A stretch of DNA of 64,000 bases from NCBI GenBank assembly GCA_000004985.1, contig GG738870.1. One strand, written 5' to 3'. The DNA is from Naegleria gruberi. Lineage: Eukaryota. Below the pieces are notes generated by a model. That model was not told the origin of the DNA, did no database searches, and saw nothing but the letters and a program-made list of their open reading frames with translations. The translations under genes and the position numbers were made by a program. Below, piece after piece: positions 43,157-55,845 of this stretch; position 1 is the first letter of the stretch, and each line of letters starts with the position of its first letter.

Positions 43157-45971
43157 ATGCCCAGACACCATGTTGAATTATTCACACCAGAATTTAGGCA
43201 ATTGATTTTGAACAGTTGCACCCAAAACGAAAGCTCATCCGTATCATATTCTCCATCATTTAATTATGAGGAAGTTAATCATGAAACAGAACCACAAATT
43301 CGTTTGTCTATCCGATTCAAACCAGAAAGTACAATTGCAATAATTGAAAAAAGATTGCTCCGAGCTGATTTGGATATCATATTTAAAATGTATAATTTAA
43401 AAAGAATTTTTGGATTTCAAGTTTTGAATAGATTTGATGAGGGAAGTTCTAAGAAATTATTATCCGAATGTGATTTCTCTCAAGCACAACAAATGGCTGA
43501 AATTATTGAATACATGTTCGTGAAAGATCTCTCTAAACAATTATCCAATCATATCAAAGTACGTAAATGACAATATAGTATAATAATCACTGATTTTTTC
43601 AGGTTAAAATGGCTACCATTAAAGATGTGACAACTATCGTAAACGAGGTCAATCAATGGGTTACAACAACACTAGCCCAATTCAATAATCAAGAAGAAAT
43701 AGTCTTAACTCCAATTGAAAAAAGCTATTCATATTTCTCTGATAAACCATACAGTAAGTACTTACTATTTTTACATATAATAGTTTACACATTTCAGAAG
43801 CCAATCAAAACAAAATTACCAAAAAGTCAGATAATTACGAGCTTAATACCATCAAATTTATGCATAAGGGCTCATTTTCCATTGAACAATTTTTTTCTAA
43901 TAAGATTTTCGAGAAGCAATGTATTACAGAGAAGCAGCCTAACCCTCTTTCTAAAAGATTTTTACACAAATCTGTGTTTATTAGATCCAAAAATTGTATT
44001 GTAACATATGGAGGGTTTGCAATTGGAAAAGGAATCACTGACGACATTATCAAATTTGATTTGGAACAAAAGAAAGCTACTCAATCAACAAGTAGAAAGG
44101 GAAGAATCTTTCACACCTTTGATTACCTTCCACACTTGAATAAGATGGTAGTTTATGGAGGAATTGAAAAAACTGGATCCATTTCCTCTGACTTAATTAG
44201 TATTTCAATGGACTTTTCTTCGGATGTCAGAAGTAATGAGTTTTTACCACCTCTATGCTGTCACTCTGCAGTTACACTTTTTGACACTCTCTACATATTT
44301 GGGGGTTTTAATGGAAGCACCTCAAAATATTCCAATACCATGTACTCATTACATATTCCAACATTAAGTATCAAATCTTCAGCATCCAAATTTTGTCCGA
44401 GTGAAAGAATTGGATCTGCAATGACCATAGTTGGGGATAATATTTTTGTTTTTGGAGGAATGGATTCTAATGGAAATATTCTCTCAGATATTTACAGATA
44501 TAACATTTCACAAGATTTATTCCATCCTATCTTATCTGATGAATATGCCATTAATCCAAAATTATGCTTTTCTAATATGTTTATTATAGGAAATAATATC
44601 TACCTATTTGGAGGTTGGAATGGTGTAGAATGGAATAATTCTCTTTTTGAAACAAGCAAAGAAGAATTTAAATGGAAAATAGCAAAAGGTTATACTAATA
44701 GTATTAGTTCTGATTTTAATTCATATAATCCTATGAGTAGTATTGTACCTGTATCAGAGAAAATAATTTACTTACTAGGAGGATTGGACTTACCTTTCCC
44801 TTTCATTTCAATACTGGACACATTTGCTACTTTAGCGACTGGAAAAATTGACTTTACAATTTCAAATACAAAGCCAAGTTACAGAATATTTCAACACAAA
44901 CGTCAAACAGATGAATTTTTACTCTCACAAACATACTTGAATTGGTTTAAGAAGCAAATTCCAGAAGAGTGTGACGTGACCATTCTTGTTAACATCCCAA
45001 ACCAAGTTGAGCAAGAATTATTTTATGGATTCAAGTTAGTTCTTGTAAGATCACCAGTATTGTCAAGAAAAATATTGGAACAAGAAGGCCATAATAAGTG
45101 GCGTAATTTGAAGCATGGCAGCCATGCTGTTATCCTCTTGGATGATTTCCCATCAAACGTAGAAAATTTGAGAAGGTCATTCAATTCAGTTTTGGAATAT
45201 TTATATTCTGGATCCTTCTCAACAAAGGATTTAAAGTCTGAAGATTATTCAGACATTTACAAGGTGGCCTGTTACTTAGAAATACCACTACTTTACAAAG
45301 CTCTTGATGGAACACTCAATGTTGATGATTCACTGGAAACAAAGAATCTATTATCCACTATAACCATTCAACTTGACCATTTATTCAGCCCATGTGAAAC
45401 CATTTCGAATATTGAAGATTTCATGACAACTATTGATGAAAATCCAATTGCACCTGGAATGGTGAAAATCATTGCCCCTACCTCATTAGATAGCTCAACA
45501 TATCAATCTATTCTTGTCCACAAGTTTATTTTGACTCAAAGATGTAGATATTTTAATGCTGTGTTTGAAATGAACTTCCTAGAGTCTCATACTAGAGTTG
45601 TTTTAATTGAGCAGAATACCTTCAAAGGTCTATTGTCAATTTTACATTTTGTTTACACTGGTAATATTGTGGAGCTAGATCTTTCCAACGCAGTAGAAAT
45701 CTTCATGTCTTCATTCCAATTTGAACTGGAAGAACTAATGGAAGCTTCTAAACTATTCATTAGAGAACATGAATTTGATGTATTTACCACTATTCGACTA
45801 TTAGAGATTTGTGAAACAGTAAATGATAAGATCATGCAAGATTATTGCAAGTATAGCATTGCTAAACGTTACGAAATAGTTATGAAACATGATCCATCAG
45901 CACTTGATAATTTAAGTAAGGTATCTAGAGTGGATATAAATGATTTAAGAAAGTCTGTTTTGAAGCACTAG
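43157..45971 (+). CDS. Kelch-repeat / double BTB(POZ) protein. Three exons: 43157-43558, 43603-43753, 43807-45971
   Basis: Donors GTACGT at 43559 and GTAAGT at 43754; the phase-1 junction forms Lys across PY|K|ANQNK. Kelch blades: CIVTYGGFAIG, MVVYGGIE, LYIFGGFNG, IFVFGGMD, IYLFGGWNG. BTB domains: DVTILVN...FKLVLVRSPVL and ILVHKFILTQRCRYFNAVFEMNF...LSILHFVYTG. Total 905 aa. Confidence 0.65.
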
Positions 45972-46571
45972 ACAATTCTTGGATCTAAAATGAAATGTCG
46001 AAAAAGATCTTGTAATATTTAGAGAAAGCCAAGTGATCAAGTTTCAAACATTTAAGGTTGAAGGATAAAATTGGTTACAACTTTTTCGGAAATGATTAAT
46101 ATTGGGCAGTAAATATGAAATGACTTCCATAAGAATTAAGATACAAATTGAATATCTTTAAAATTTGTTAGTCAACCAAATTCAATTTGAATGCTCTATT
46201 TTTAAAAAATTGAAAGGAGTTTAGTATTTTGGATATCAATTCGAAACCTTCATTCCTTACAAGGATTTTAAGTAAGAAGAAGCCTCATCATCTTTAATTT
46301 CATCACCCAGCCAAACACGATATCAATAGAGATTGAAACCTCCATCAACACCCGAGTAATGCGATGTCATTAGCCAACTCCAGCCCGACAATCGCTCAAC
46401 AGGACATTTCCGACTCAATGCCTTTGTTTTTTTAATAACACAAAGAAGAATTGCAGCGCAGTGAAGGGTTGTTTGAAATTTTACTTCAACCAAAAGGCAG
46501 GAGCGCTTTTCATGATAAAACCGTTAGAGAAAAAACATTAAAAAAAACAAAACAACAACTAAACATACAGA

Positions 46572-47084
46572 ATGGTCCACCATCAATGCAAAATCGTCGT
46601 TCCTATGAGCAAGGAAGCCTATTGGAAAATTATTTTCTCGGATGAATTTGATACATTCGCTGCACCATACCTTAAATTCAAAAAGATTGAAATTGAACAT
46701 GATACTGCTTGTACCGAACCAAATATTTTGAAGAGAAGAGTTAAAGTTTATCCCGATTATGCAATTCCAAGTGCCATGTTGTGGTATTTGGGCCAAACAG
46801 AATTCCACTACATTGATGTCCAACAAAGAGATGAAGCAAAGCAAGAAATTATTTCACATACAATTCCTCCAGTCCATGAAGATTATCTTACAATTTCAAC
46901 TCGTCAATATTTCGAACCAATTGATGATAATAGTTGCACACATATTATGGAAATTGAAGTTTCTTGCTCTGCTTGGGGTATTGGTACAATTGTAGAATCA
47001 GCTATCGTTAGTGGTGTTGAAGAAGGTTATGGTTTATTACCAAAAGCTTTGGAAGCTTTCCTTGCTTCAAAGGCCAACAACTAG
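46572..47084 (+). CDS. Small hypothetical protein, 170 aa, possibly a Bet v1/START-like (SRPBCC) fold
   Basis: ATG ORF. The fold guess comes from size and alternating pattern only. Confidence 0.4.
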   Translation: MVHHQCKIVVPMSKEAYWKIIFSDEFDTFAAPYLKFKKIEIEHDTACTEPNILKRRVKVYPDYAIPSAMLWYLGQTEFHYIDVQQRDEAKQEIISHTIPPVHEDYLTISTRQYFEPIDDNSCTHIMEIEVSCSAWGIGTIVESAIVSGVEEGYGLLPKALEAFLASKANN

Positions 47085-47328
47085 GTTCATAATTAATTTA
47101 TTCACAATATCTCTCCACATTTTCACCTCTACACACACCAACCCAATTCTATCTTCATCATCTATATAATGTACAAACAATTAACTCACGCATTATAAAA
47201 ACATTTTTGCAATTATTATTATGAAAATATTATTTTAATATTTAGGAATTGGAGGAGATGATTATTGTGATGAAGGAGATAATGTAATTATTGAGTGTTC
47301 GGAATATTAAGGTAATAATCCAAATATG

Positions 47329-48810
47329 TTATTTATTCTCAGACTTGGCTTGGAAAGTTTTATATTTCTTTACAATCGCTCTCAATGCTTGGGATGTGAC
47401 CTTGTCTGAAAATGCTTGTTCAAAGTTCAATGCCAAAGGAGCCCAAGGAGAATATTGAGAAAGGAAAGAGCAATGACCCCCGTGTTGTGTCTCAATAATA
47501 TATAAATTCTTAGCTCCATTGGCATGAACAATTTCAGACATTTTGGCTGAATCATATGTAATGACTTGGTCATCTTTGGCCAATATGCAAAATACTGGAG
47601 CATGATATTCTTCATCTCTTGATGAGTTATTATGAGATGATTCTTCCTCATTACTTTCATCATAGTAGATATCTTCTCCCAATTGATTCACAGTTGTCTT
47701 GACACGTGTGAGTGTCTTTTCTCCTGAAATTCTTTGTAAATGTTTCATAAATGTTGATCTCTTATTATAAAAATCAATGTTAATATCATTCAAATCGTGC
47801 ATTGGTTGAGTAAGAAAGGTATCAATATGTTTAACAGTCTTACACTTTTTCATAAGTTCGTCGTCCAAGTGAGGTAATTCCCTCTTAATCAATTCCTGAT
47901 TGTTATTGAAAACATTCATAATAAATGTGACCATAAACTTGTTATAGGCAGGATTGGTTTCCAAAGAAGAAAGAGTTTCTAGCATATCAAAAGGTTGTGA
48001 AACAGTCACTGCTCCAATAACCTTTGGATTCTTTTTCACTTTTGTTGATCCCAATTGTTTGGTAATATTGACCCCACCAGCTGAATAACCAACAAGTAAA
48101 ATCTCAGCTCCTTCATAGGACTTTGATACTATATCAATAACTCTTTCAACAGTTCTCTTATGTGAATTGAGGAAGAATTTTGCCTTCTTCAATTTAATAT
48201 TTCTCTGTGAATGACATCCAGGTCTATTAAAAACTACAATATTGTATTCATCCTCAACACTTCTAATTAAGCTGTGAATATAGTACGATTCTGAAGATCC
48301 TGTAATCCCTGGAAATACAAGTAGTGTTGGTTTCTTTTCATTTGATTCCTTTTTAGGTTTATAAAAATCCAAACAAATATCCTCCAAAGATGGATCAAAA
48401 TCCTCATAAAACTTGGTTTCAAATTGTAAATTATCAGATCCAAGGAATAAATCTCTAATTGGTAACAGTAAGGTTGGCATTACATCATGTAAAAGTGAAA
48501 AGTTTCCAATCAAGAGTGGAAAACGATACTATTTTCCAATTAAATTATTAAAATATCAATATACTGTATGCCACTCAAAACAAACCTTTTCTTCCAAGTA
48601 TGGCACTTGATAGTCTCCAACTTTTTTTGTCTTGTCTAAAGTTTTTAATATCGGAATGTCTCGTAACAGTTCCTTGCACGATTCTTCCTTGTCATTGAAG
48701 TGAAGAATTGGATTTTCATAATTGAATAAATAGTGCCACAAACAAGCACCTCCAGAGAGTGACAAAAGAGAGGCTAATCCTGTTGAGAGCATTTTCTTTG
48801 ATAAAAACAT
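47329..48810 (-). CDS. Alpha/beta-hydrolase, ABHD1/ABHD3 (YheT/EMB8-like) family. Two exons: 48586-48810 and 47329-48528
   Basis: GxSxG nucleophile elbow LLVGYSAGG; HGGHCSF near the C-terminus; N-terminal transmembrane anchor MLSTGLASLLSLSGGACLWHYLF. The 57-nt intron 48529-48585 has a weak GTTTGT donor. Both track starts (48867 and 48513) are TTG; the first ATG is 48810. Confidence 0.65.
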
Positions 48811-49132
48811 AAAGTTGTTTGGTGATACTTTTTTATTTGACCATTGAGGAAGGACCAAGAGCAACAAGGAAAGAAGAGGTTTCGTTCATTAGGATGTTTT
48901 TTTGTGTACGATTTTGTGCCGATAGTGCGATGATATTATAAAAACTACTTATTTTACAATGTATTTACAAGTTTATTAAATTTACAATTATTGGAATAAA
49001 CCATTCAGTGAATCCAAAAAGTCTAAATTATTTTGTTGTAAAGAAGTTCCATTAACATTCATAGCAAAGGTGTGATCATTCATTGCTGCAAAGGCATCAA
49101 ATGAAGGAAGGAAAGCATCTTCGTTATTATTA

Positions 49133-50964
49133 CTAGTTGGATTGAATTGTGGTACTTGTTGAGGATCCAAAAATATTATTATTATTGTTAGTATTGTTGA
49201 GGAAGTGTTGAAGAGTTTGGTCTGTATGTGCAGTGCTGTTGTTTGCTCCAAGCATCAACGGCATCATATCTTGGCTATAGAGGTAAGGAGTATAAAAGTT
49301 TGGATTGGAATTAATCATAGAGAAGACATCAGTATTATCAAAGTTATTCAAATTATTTGTGTTTGGATTACTTGTAGTGTTGTGTCGTTGTACTTTGAAT
49401 AATTCTGCTTGTTCAAGAAGTAATTCAATATCTCTTATCAATTGTTGGAATCTAGTCTTGACAACTTCATACTTTGTACCCAAAAGTTTAAGTGCCTTTA
49501 AGTCGTCACTCAAAGCTCTTACTAACATGTCATCTTGGTAAGCAGCAAGATCTTTGACTAATAAATTATAGTGAACTCTAGCGGCAATGGCCAAAGATCT
49601 GATTACAATGACAGGAGCTAATTCGAATGTAGGTATTCTTGTAAGTGAGGTAATTCTATCAGCAGCTTCTTTAACTTGAATGGAATCTTTGAGGCCATGC
49701 TTTTCCAAGACCTTAATTCTCATAGTATCAAGATACATCAAATAAACAATTTTGCTCAAATCCTTCTTTGAGGAACACAAAGTATCTGTACAGGATGTGC
49801 TGAGTGATGTAGTCAAGAGGTCAAGTTTTTTCATCTTTTCTGAAAGTTCTTCTTCACAAACAATAAATCCATTCTCAGATGATTCAATATTAAGTTCTGG
49901 GTGGTTATGAATGATGAGAGATAACAATCTATTCAATAAGAAGCAACATTGAGCCTTATCTTCTTCCATAGCCAAATGTATGACTGTTGTTAAACCCTTC
50001 AAAAAGGATGAATCTGTTTCACTAGTGTTATGTTTTTGTTGTTCAAGATAAAAGAGAACTGAATTCAAATAGAATTTAGCACCCAAAAAGTCTCCTTCTC
50101 CTACAAGGTAACTTGAAAGATAGGCATATGAGCAAACAACATTAAAATCTGTGATATTATCAAAAACTGTGGAAACGGTTTGTCTTGATCTTTGGTAAAG
50201 TTGTTTTGACAAATCATGTTGACCAATTCTTTGGAAGCAAACAGATTGTAAAGCATAGAGCAAAGCCAAATCAGGTACATCAATTTCATGCATAAACTTC
50301 TTCTTTTTAACAGCACCAGTGACAACACTACTGTTGGACAAGGAATGACTCATCAACTTATCCATCTTTGATCTTTGGTTAACTGGTAAAGAATCTCCAA
50401 CAATTTCCTTATAAACATCAAAGCAAAGCTTTTTGATATATTCTTCAGATAATCTTGTTGCCGATTGGTCTATGGTTATTTCCTTTGGTGAAATTGAAGT
50501 ATTTTCTGCTGAATCAGTTCCGTATGAGGTTGCAGCTCCAGGTGTAACAAATTCAGAGTCAATGTTTGGTCTAATTTCGTTTGATTCAGTGTGTTTTCTC
50601 TTTCTCATATTACTTTGAGCATCCTCAGGAATGACAGAGTCTTCCTCCTCTTCTTCTTCATGGTTATGTAATTCGGGAATAGCCAAAGGATTTTCGTCTC
50701 CACCCTTCTTTGGTTGTGGTCCTCTCTTCTTTGGTGATCTATACGAACACTCTTTTCCAAGTCTCTTACAATTACTACAGTTAGGAAGTTTTTTATCACA
50801 TTTACGATGTCCTTTTCTACACTATATAACACTACTATTAAAACAGGCTATAATATTTTACCATCACTTACCTGCACACAAGCTATTGCCGAAAATTGTT
50901 CAATAGGTTGTTCACGAAGGCTGTTAGATAATTTTCCTACTTGTACTTCTTCTTCGTTAATCAT
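49133..50964 (-). CDS. Zn(II)2Cys6 binuclear-cluster (GAL4-type) transcription factor with fungal-type middle-homology region. Two exons: 50872-50964 and 49133-50821
   Basis: The cluster SAIAC-VQ|C-RKGHRK-C-DKKLPN-C-SN-C-KRLGKE-C-SY has C-x2-C-x6-C-x6-C-x2-C-x6-C spacing. The first Cys sits in exon 1, separated by the 50-nt intron 50822-50871 (GTAAGT). Total 593 aa. Confidence 0.7.
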
Positions 50965-51405
50965 TTTTGATGTCAGTCACTTTAGATGATGGTGATGATC
51001 AATTAGAAATTCGTATGATGTTGTTGAATCGTAAACGTTTATCAGCGAACGTTCTCTCTCGCGAAAGCACAAACTACTACTATTGGACAATTTCTCTCTG
51101 CGCTCGCAATGGAGGGTGCGGCCGTATTTTTTCAAGAATGATTGCTTGCAGGCTCTAGTAGCATAAAGAGGGTTTATTAAACAATTGTACGCACGAGCTA
51201 GGTTAACCCTATGCGGATTTTCAAGGTTTTTGATTGTAAAGCAGCTTGTTATGTTGTTGAAATCGGCAACTACATTTACTACTATTATAGAGTGGTAGTA
51301 ATTACTGTGAAGAGATGGAAATCCATTGCAGAATCTTTTCAATTTGGAAGTTGGATTACATGGGCTTTGACTTTTGGGAACCAAGTCAATTAAGGAATAA
51401 TGTGT

Positions 51406-53599
51406 TTATTGAGTGTCAAATCTTGAGAGTGGATGAGCTTCAGTAGTAAACACATACTTATCTAGAGGAATTTGGTCATCTGTGAATAATAAATACAAAT
51501 ATTTGAGAGTTTCAGAAAGGAAGAAGGATTCCATAGCATTATCTCTCACACCGTCTACAATTAGAACATTCTTCAGACCTGCATAGGCAATTGGAGTCTT
51601 ACAATGCTTTTCAATAGATTGGAAAATGTTCCAACCCCATTCCTTGTACATTTTATCACCAGTTAGTCTGTACAAAATAAAGATTGATTCAATTGCTTCT
51701 GGTCTAAGAATGTAATGAGGAGCTTGAAGGGAGAAATCATCTGTTTCACTTGAAAAGTTTACAATTTCACATCCAATACCTGTTGGTTGTCTTTTGTAAA
51801 TTTCGTAACATGTACGAGTAAGTTCCTTAGCCAAATTCATATCTTCATCCAATTCTTCTCTTGTAACATTCATTCCAATATTACTTGATTCGAGAGATCC
51901 AAGAGCTAACATGCCACCCTATAGTTTGATAATTAGGTGTTAAAATAATGAAACAAATAATAATACTTACAGCAAAACAAACCAAATGGTCAAATTTTGT
52001 TTGTACAACCCCACCTCTCATTTCTCCAATATAGACTAATTTGTTTGGAGTTGATCTTTTGATAAGATATTTCTTGAGACCTCTAACAAATTCTCTGTAC
52101 ATTCTGTGGAATTTTTCATCTCCTGTCATCAAGTATTGCTTTAAAAGATATTCGTAAAAACTATCTCCTAAAGCTCCTAAAGTGATATGGTCTCCATGGA
52201 AAGCACCATTTTCAGTATTGAGATAGCTTGGATAAAGACCTTCATATGCCTTGGTTTGAGAATCCAATACTTCCATGATTTTTTGGGCATGTTGTGCAAA
52301 TCTTCTATCACCTGAATGTTTTGACAAGTATTTAAATTCCAATTGAATAGATCCTGCTTCAGATAGAATTGATGTGGTTCTATGCCAATCAGCATTTCTA
52401 AAAGATCCTGATTGAAGATTAACCTCAGTGTGAGGGAAAGATGTATCCTTATGGAATGCAGGCAATAATTTTTCAGCAATTTCTTGTGCCTTATACAAGT
52501 AGACAGAATCTTTTGTAAGGTCGTAGATACTCAAAAATCCCTGTATTGTAATTCATCATTTGAATTGTGAAATAATGTAATTTGTGAAATTGTTAAATTA
52601 TAATGAGAATATTTCAAAACTTACACCAACATAACGAATGGTAGTTTCAAAAACAGATACCCATTGGTCTTTATCAAAGCTAAGAGTACTGATAAATTGT
52701 TTGCTTTTCTCCAACTCATCCTTCAAACCCATAATAAACATAGTATCTAAACTGTCAACAATAGTCGCAGCCATATTTCCAAAGTTGTCTCTTGACTAGA
52801 TATTTTAGAAAGGATTAATTTAAACTCAACTTACATCATTTGTTAATGGTCTTACTTCATCATGTCCCCATGCATATGTTTCATAACCTCTCCATGCATG
52901 TAAAAATGCATTTCTTACAGAGTTTCTTCTGAATTCATCTGTAGTTTCATCTGCAATTTCAACAGATGGAAAATCTTGAGGAGTGTGCTCTTCCTTTTGC
53001 TCTGCATGAGTGCTTGGCTGTTGAGATTCTGATTCCTTACTAATAATCTGCTTTTCATGTTTGGATTCTTCATTAACTATGTTTGAAGTCGGCAGAGGAG
53101 CTGATTCTTGCTCTGTTATGATGCTTTCCTCTGGTTTAGCTTGTGATTCCAATTGTTGTAAAGTTGATTGTTCTGATGTTTGTTCATTTGATAATACTTT
53201 ATCTGTAATACTTGGTTCATTGTTATTATTATTTGTTGGTTGTTCATAATTTTGATCTTTTTCAGTCTCAACTCTGAGTTGTGAATTCAACATATTGCCT
53301 CTCTGTTTAATTTCTCTCTTTCCATCAAAATAGATTTTCAATGCAAAAATCACACCTCCTAAAATTAAAAAGAAAATTACTAAAGTGGTGATTGTATTGA
53401 TGGTTGAGCGTTGGGCTTTCTTTCCTTTAGATTTACTTTCGTCATCCTCCGATGTGTTACTAACACTATCATTTGATTCTATTGCTCGCGATGATCTATT
53501 TCTAAGCGTAGTAGAATTATCACTTCTCTCATTAGTTGCCGAAGCACTGTTTTGACTAACACGTGGCAATTCTTCTTCACCTGCCAATGTTGAAGACAT
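51406..53599 (-). CDS. Class I alpha-1,2-mannosidase (glycoside hydrolase family 47), type II membrane protein. Four exons: 52835-53599, 52625-52795, 51971-52540, 51406-51918
   Basis: GH47 blocks across the junctions: YAWGHDEVRPLTND|SRDNFGNMAATIVDSLDTMFIMGL; FETTIRYVG|GFLSIYDL; DHLVCFA|GGMLALG; LRPEAIES; ESFFLSETLKYLYLLF. Introns of 39, 84 and 52 nt, all GTAAGT. N-terminal transmembrane segment ITTLVIFFLILGGVIFAL. Total 672 aa. Confidence 0.8.
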
Positions 53600-53766
53600 T
53601 TTTTTGTAATGGTCATAATTACTCTTGTTTTACTATCTCGGAGAAGTAACTCCACAAGAATGGTGTGTTAAATAATCAAGATTTTTAGGATGGATTGATA
53701 GATTTTCTACTCTACGGTACCAGAGAACAACATAGATTGTGATAGAGTTACCAGTTCTGTTATTTA

Positions 53767-54537
53767 TTAAGGAAGTTGAGCGAGGATGATATGAGAACAT
53801 GGCAAGGAGGAAAGTGCTGGGTCAGATTGTAAACCTTTCTGGAGAGCAGCTACGGTCAAAACTTTCTCCTCTGTGAATCTGCCTGAGAGTTCAATAATTT
53901 CTGCAGCAATATATTCCAACAAGGCTGAAAAACCAGCACAAATACAAGTCAAGCTCACTTCTCTGCAAAACACATCTTGATGAAATTCAAAGTGTTCCAA
54001 AATAAACTCCTTAACTTGTTCAAAATCAAAGGAGAGATGAATCACTTGGTGAGTGACAGGTTGTTCACCATTTGAACGATCAGTAAACTTGTAAATTGCT
54101 TTAATACTTTCAGAATGTGCAAATGGTTTCAAATCTTCAGCAACATTTTCCTTGGTTATTTCTTCAAACAAGTCACCACTTGTATAATTATCGGGGTCAT
54201 TCAATTGTGCTCTTTCAATGCTTTCTGGTGTATGTTCCTTCATGTACTTGATGATTGAAGCTTCTCCTTCTGATGAGGTTTTTAAAGTGAAAACTTTTCT
54301 CTGATTCTCTCCTCTATTCATCAGTACATAAATCAAGAAGTGATGAAGGAAATCAGAGAAGGTTTTTCTAGAAGTTTCATTCCATGATGCGCTTGCTGAA
54401 TATTTTTCAATGACCTTCTCCAAATCGAATTTAATACTAAAATCGAGGGAAAGATTGTTGGATTCTCCTGTTGTTAGTTCAGGTTTCTGATCTTCGTTGG
54501 TTGTTGTTGATGTAGCAATGAATTCGGCTTCAGACAT
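53767..54537 (-). CDS. 256-aa protein with a non-histone N-terminal region and a C-terminal H2A-like histone fold
   Basis: The C-terminus CAGFSALLEYIAAEIIELSGRFTEEKVLTVAALQKGLQSDPAL parallels H2A [45 protein letters not shown]. ATG start; one exon. Confidence 0.55.
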   Translation of the reverse strand: MSEAEFIATSTTTNEDQKPELTTGESNNLSLDFSIKFDLEKVIEKYSASASWNETSRKTFSDFLHHFLIYVLMNRGENQRKVFTLKTSSEGEASIIKYMKEHTPESIERAQLNDPDNYTSGDLFEEITKENVAEDLKPFAHSESIKAIYKFTDRSNGEQPVTHQVIHLSFDFEQVKEFILEHFEFHQDVFCREVSLTCICAGFSALLEYIAAEIIELSGRFTEEKVLTVAALQKGLQSDPALSSLPCSHIILAQLP

Positions 54538-54769
54538 TTTTTATTTGATTGTTGTGTGATTGGCCAGAAATTGGTGGAATGTTTACCTTTCTGTTGTAAA
54601 GGAAGAACAAATTCCATACCCGTTCTTCACTGTAATTTGCTGTTTAATTCAAGGTTACAGTTTTTCCAAAGCTTAAGATACAGAAACCATTGCAAAATTC
54701 ACTCACAATGATTGCAATATCTTGAACTCCTTGTGCACAAGGAAAGAGATGACAAGATCAAGCTAAAAA

Positions 54770-55639
54770 ATGAAACAAATCCTCCCAGAATTGTGGATTG
54801 AAATCTTTGTGAATCTTTTTGATGGTTTTAATGAGCAGTGGCAATTTTCAAGTATGGCAAACTGTGCGTTGGTTTGCAAGGAATGGCACAAGATGTTAAA
54901 TTGGAAAATTGAAGCAACTCAAGGTACAAACTTGAACTTGTTGAAAATACTTGCTAATAAGCACTCCATTTCCATTCTACATGATCCACCCACTGATAAC
55001 TTGACCGAGAAGATGGACATGAAAAGATTGTTTGCTCAAAATATCTTGCCGTATGAATGTCCAAAAGATTTTGAATTAGTTTCATATAATGGAATGACTG
55101 GTCTCAATTATGTCAGTGGGGGAATAGCAAGAATATTCAAAATGAGTTTCAATACCAATGTATTTGGAATTCACTTTTTGAGAAGAATGATCAAACATGA
55201 TGAGAAAATTAGAGAATTATTTTCAGCTTTGATGAAGGAAATAATTACCATTGTAGCCGGTTCGGTTCCTATTAGTTACTTAAAAACTTACGAATATCAG
55301 AACATTTCCATAGATTGTAATATTAAGGAACGGTTTGAGTATTTTACAAGTTGTGAAAGAGAATCATTCTATCCACAAATGTATGTAGGCAGATCATTTG
55401 AGGATGTCAAGCAGGAATTTGACAACAACTTGTTTGACTTTTTGAAAAAAGTGATTGGAGGAGAGGAATGTGTTGAAGAAATCTCCAACCTTGAAGAATT
55501 TCTAGCTTTCATTAAGAAAGAATGTCCAATTGTTACTGAATATAAAAGTTGTTTGATTGGAATTCTTGGGTCATTGGCTGTAGTATTTGTTACCAATAGT
55601 GGAAAATGCATCTTTTTTGAATACTCAGCAGATGATTAA
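54770..55639 (+). CDS. F-box-like domain protein, 289 aa
   Basis: N-terminal ILPELWIEIFVNLFDGFNEQWQFSSMANCALVCKEWHKML fits the F-box consensus. The remainder is unassigned. Confidence 0.5.
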   Translation: MKQILPELWIEIFVNLFDGFNEQWQFSSMANCALVCKEWHKMLNWKIEATQGTNLNLLKILANKHSISILHDPPTDNLTEKMDMKRLFAQNILPYECPKDFELVSYNGMTGLNYVSGGIARIFKMSFNTNVFGIHFLRRMIKHDEKIRELFSALMKEIITIVAGSVPISYLKTYEYQNISIDCNIKERFEYFTSCERESFYPQMYVGRSFEDVKQEFDNNLFDFLKKVIGGEECVEEISNLEEFLAFIKKECPIVTEYKSCLIGILGSLAVVFVTNSGKCIFFEYSADD

Positions 55640-55845
55640 TAAATTTGAGAATTACAATATGGTACTACTCCCAGTAAATTTCAAAACAGTAGATACCACA
55701 CATCAAAAGCTTGTCATTGTAAACCACCTGAAAGTATGGGTTGTGTATTTCAATGAAAATGTAACATATATCTCCGAGGAGGAAAGTGTTAAATAAACAC
55801 ATTAGTGTATTTTGAATAGCTCTTTCTGCTCAGCAACGTTAAAAA

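Noticed and set aside
55587-55796. 69-aa ORF just after the F-box gene
   Set aside because: It overlaps the stop and 3' flank of the 54770-55639 gene in another frame, and it has no motif.
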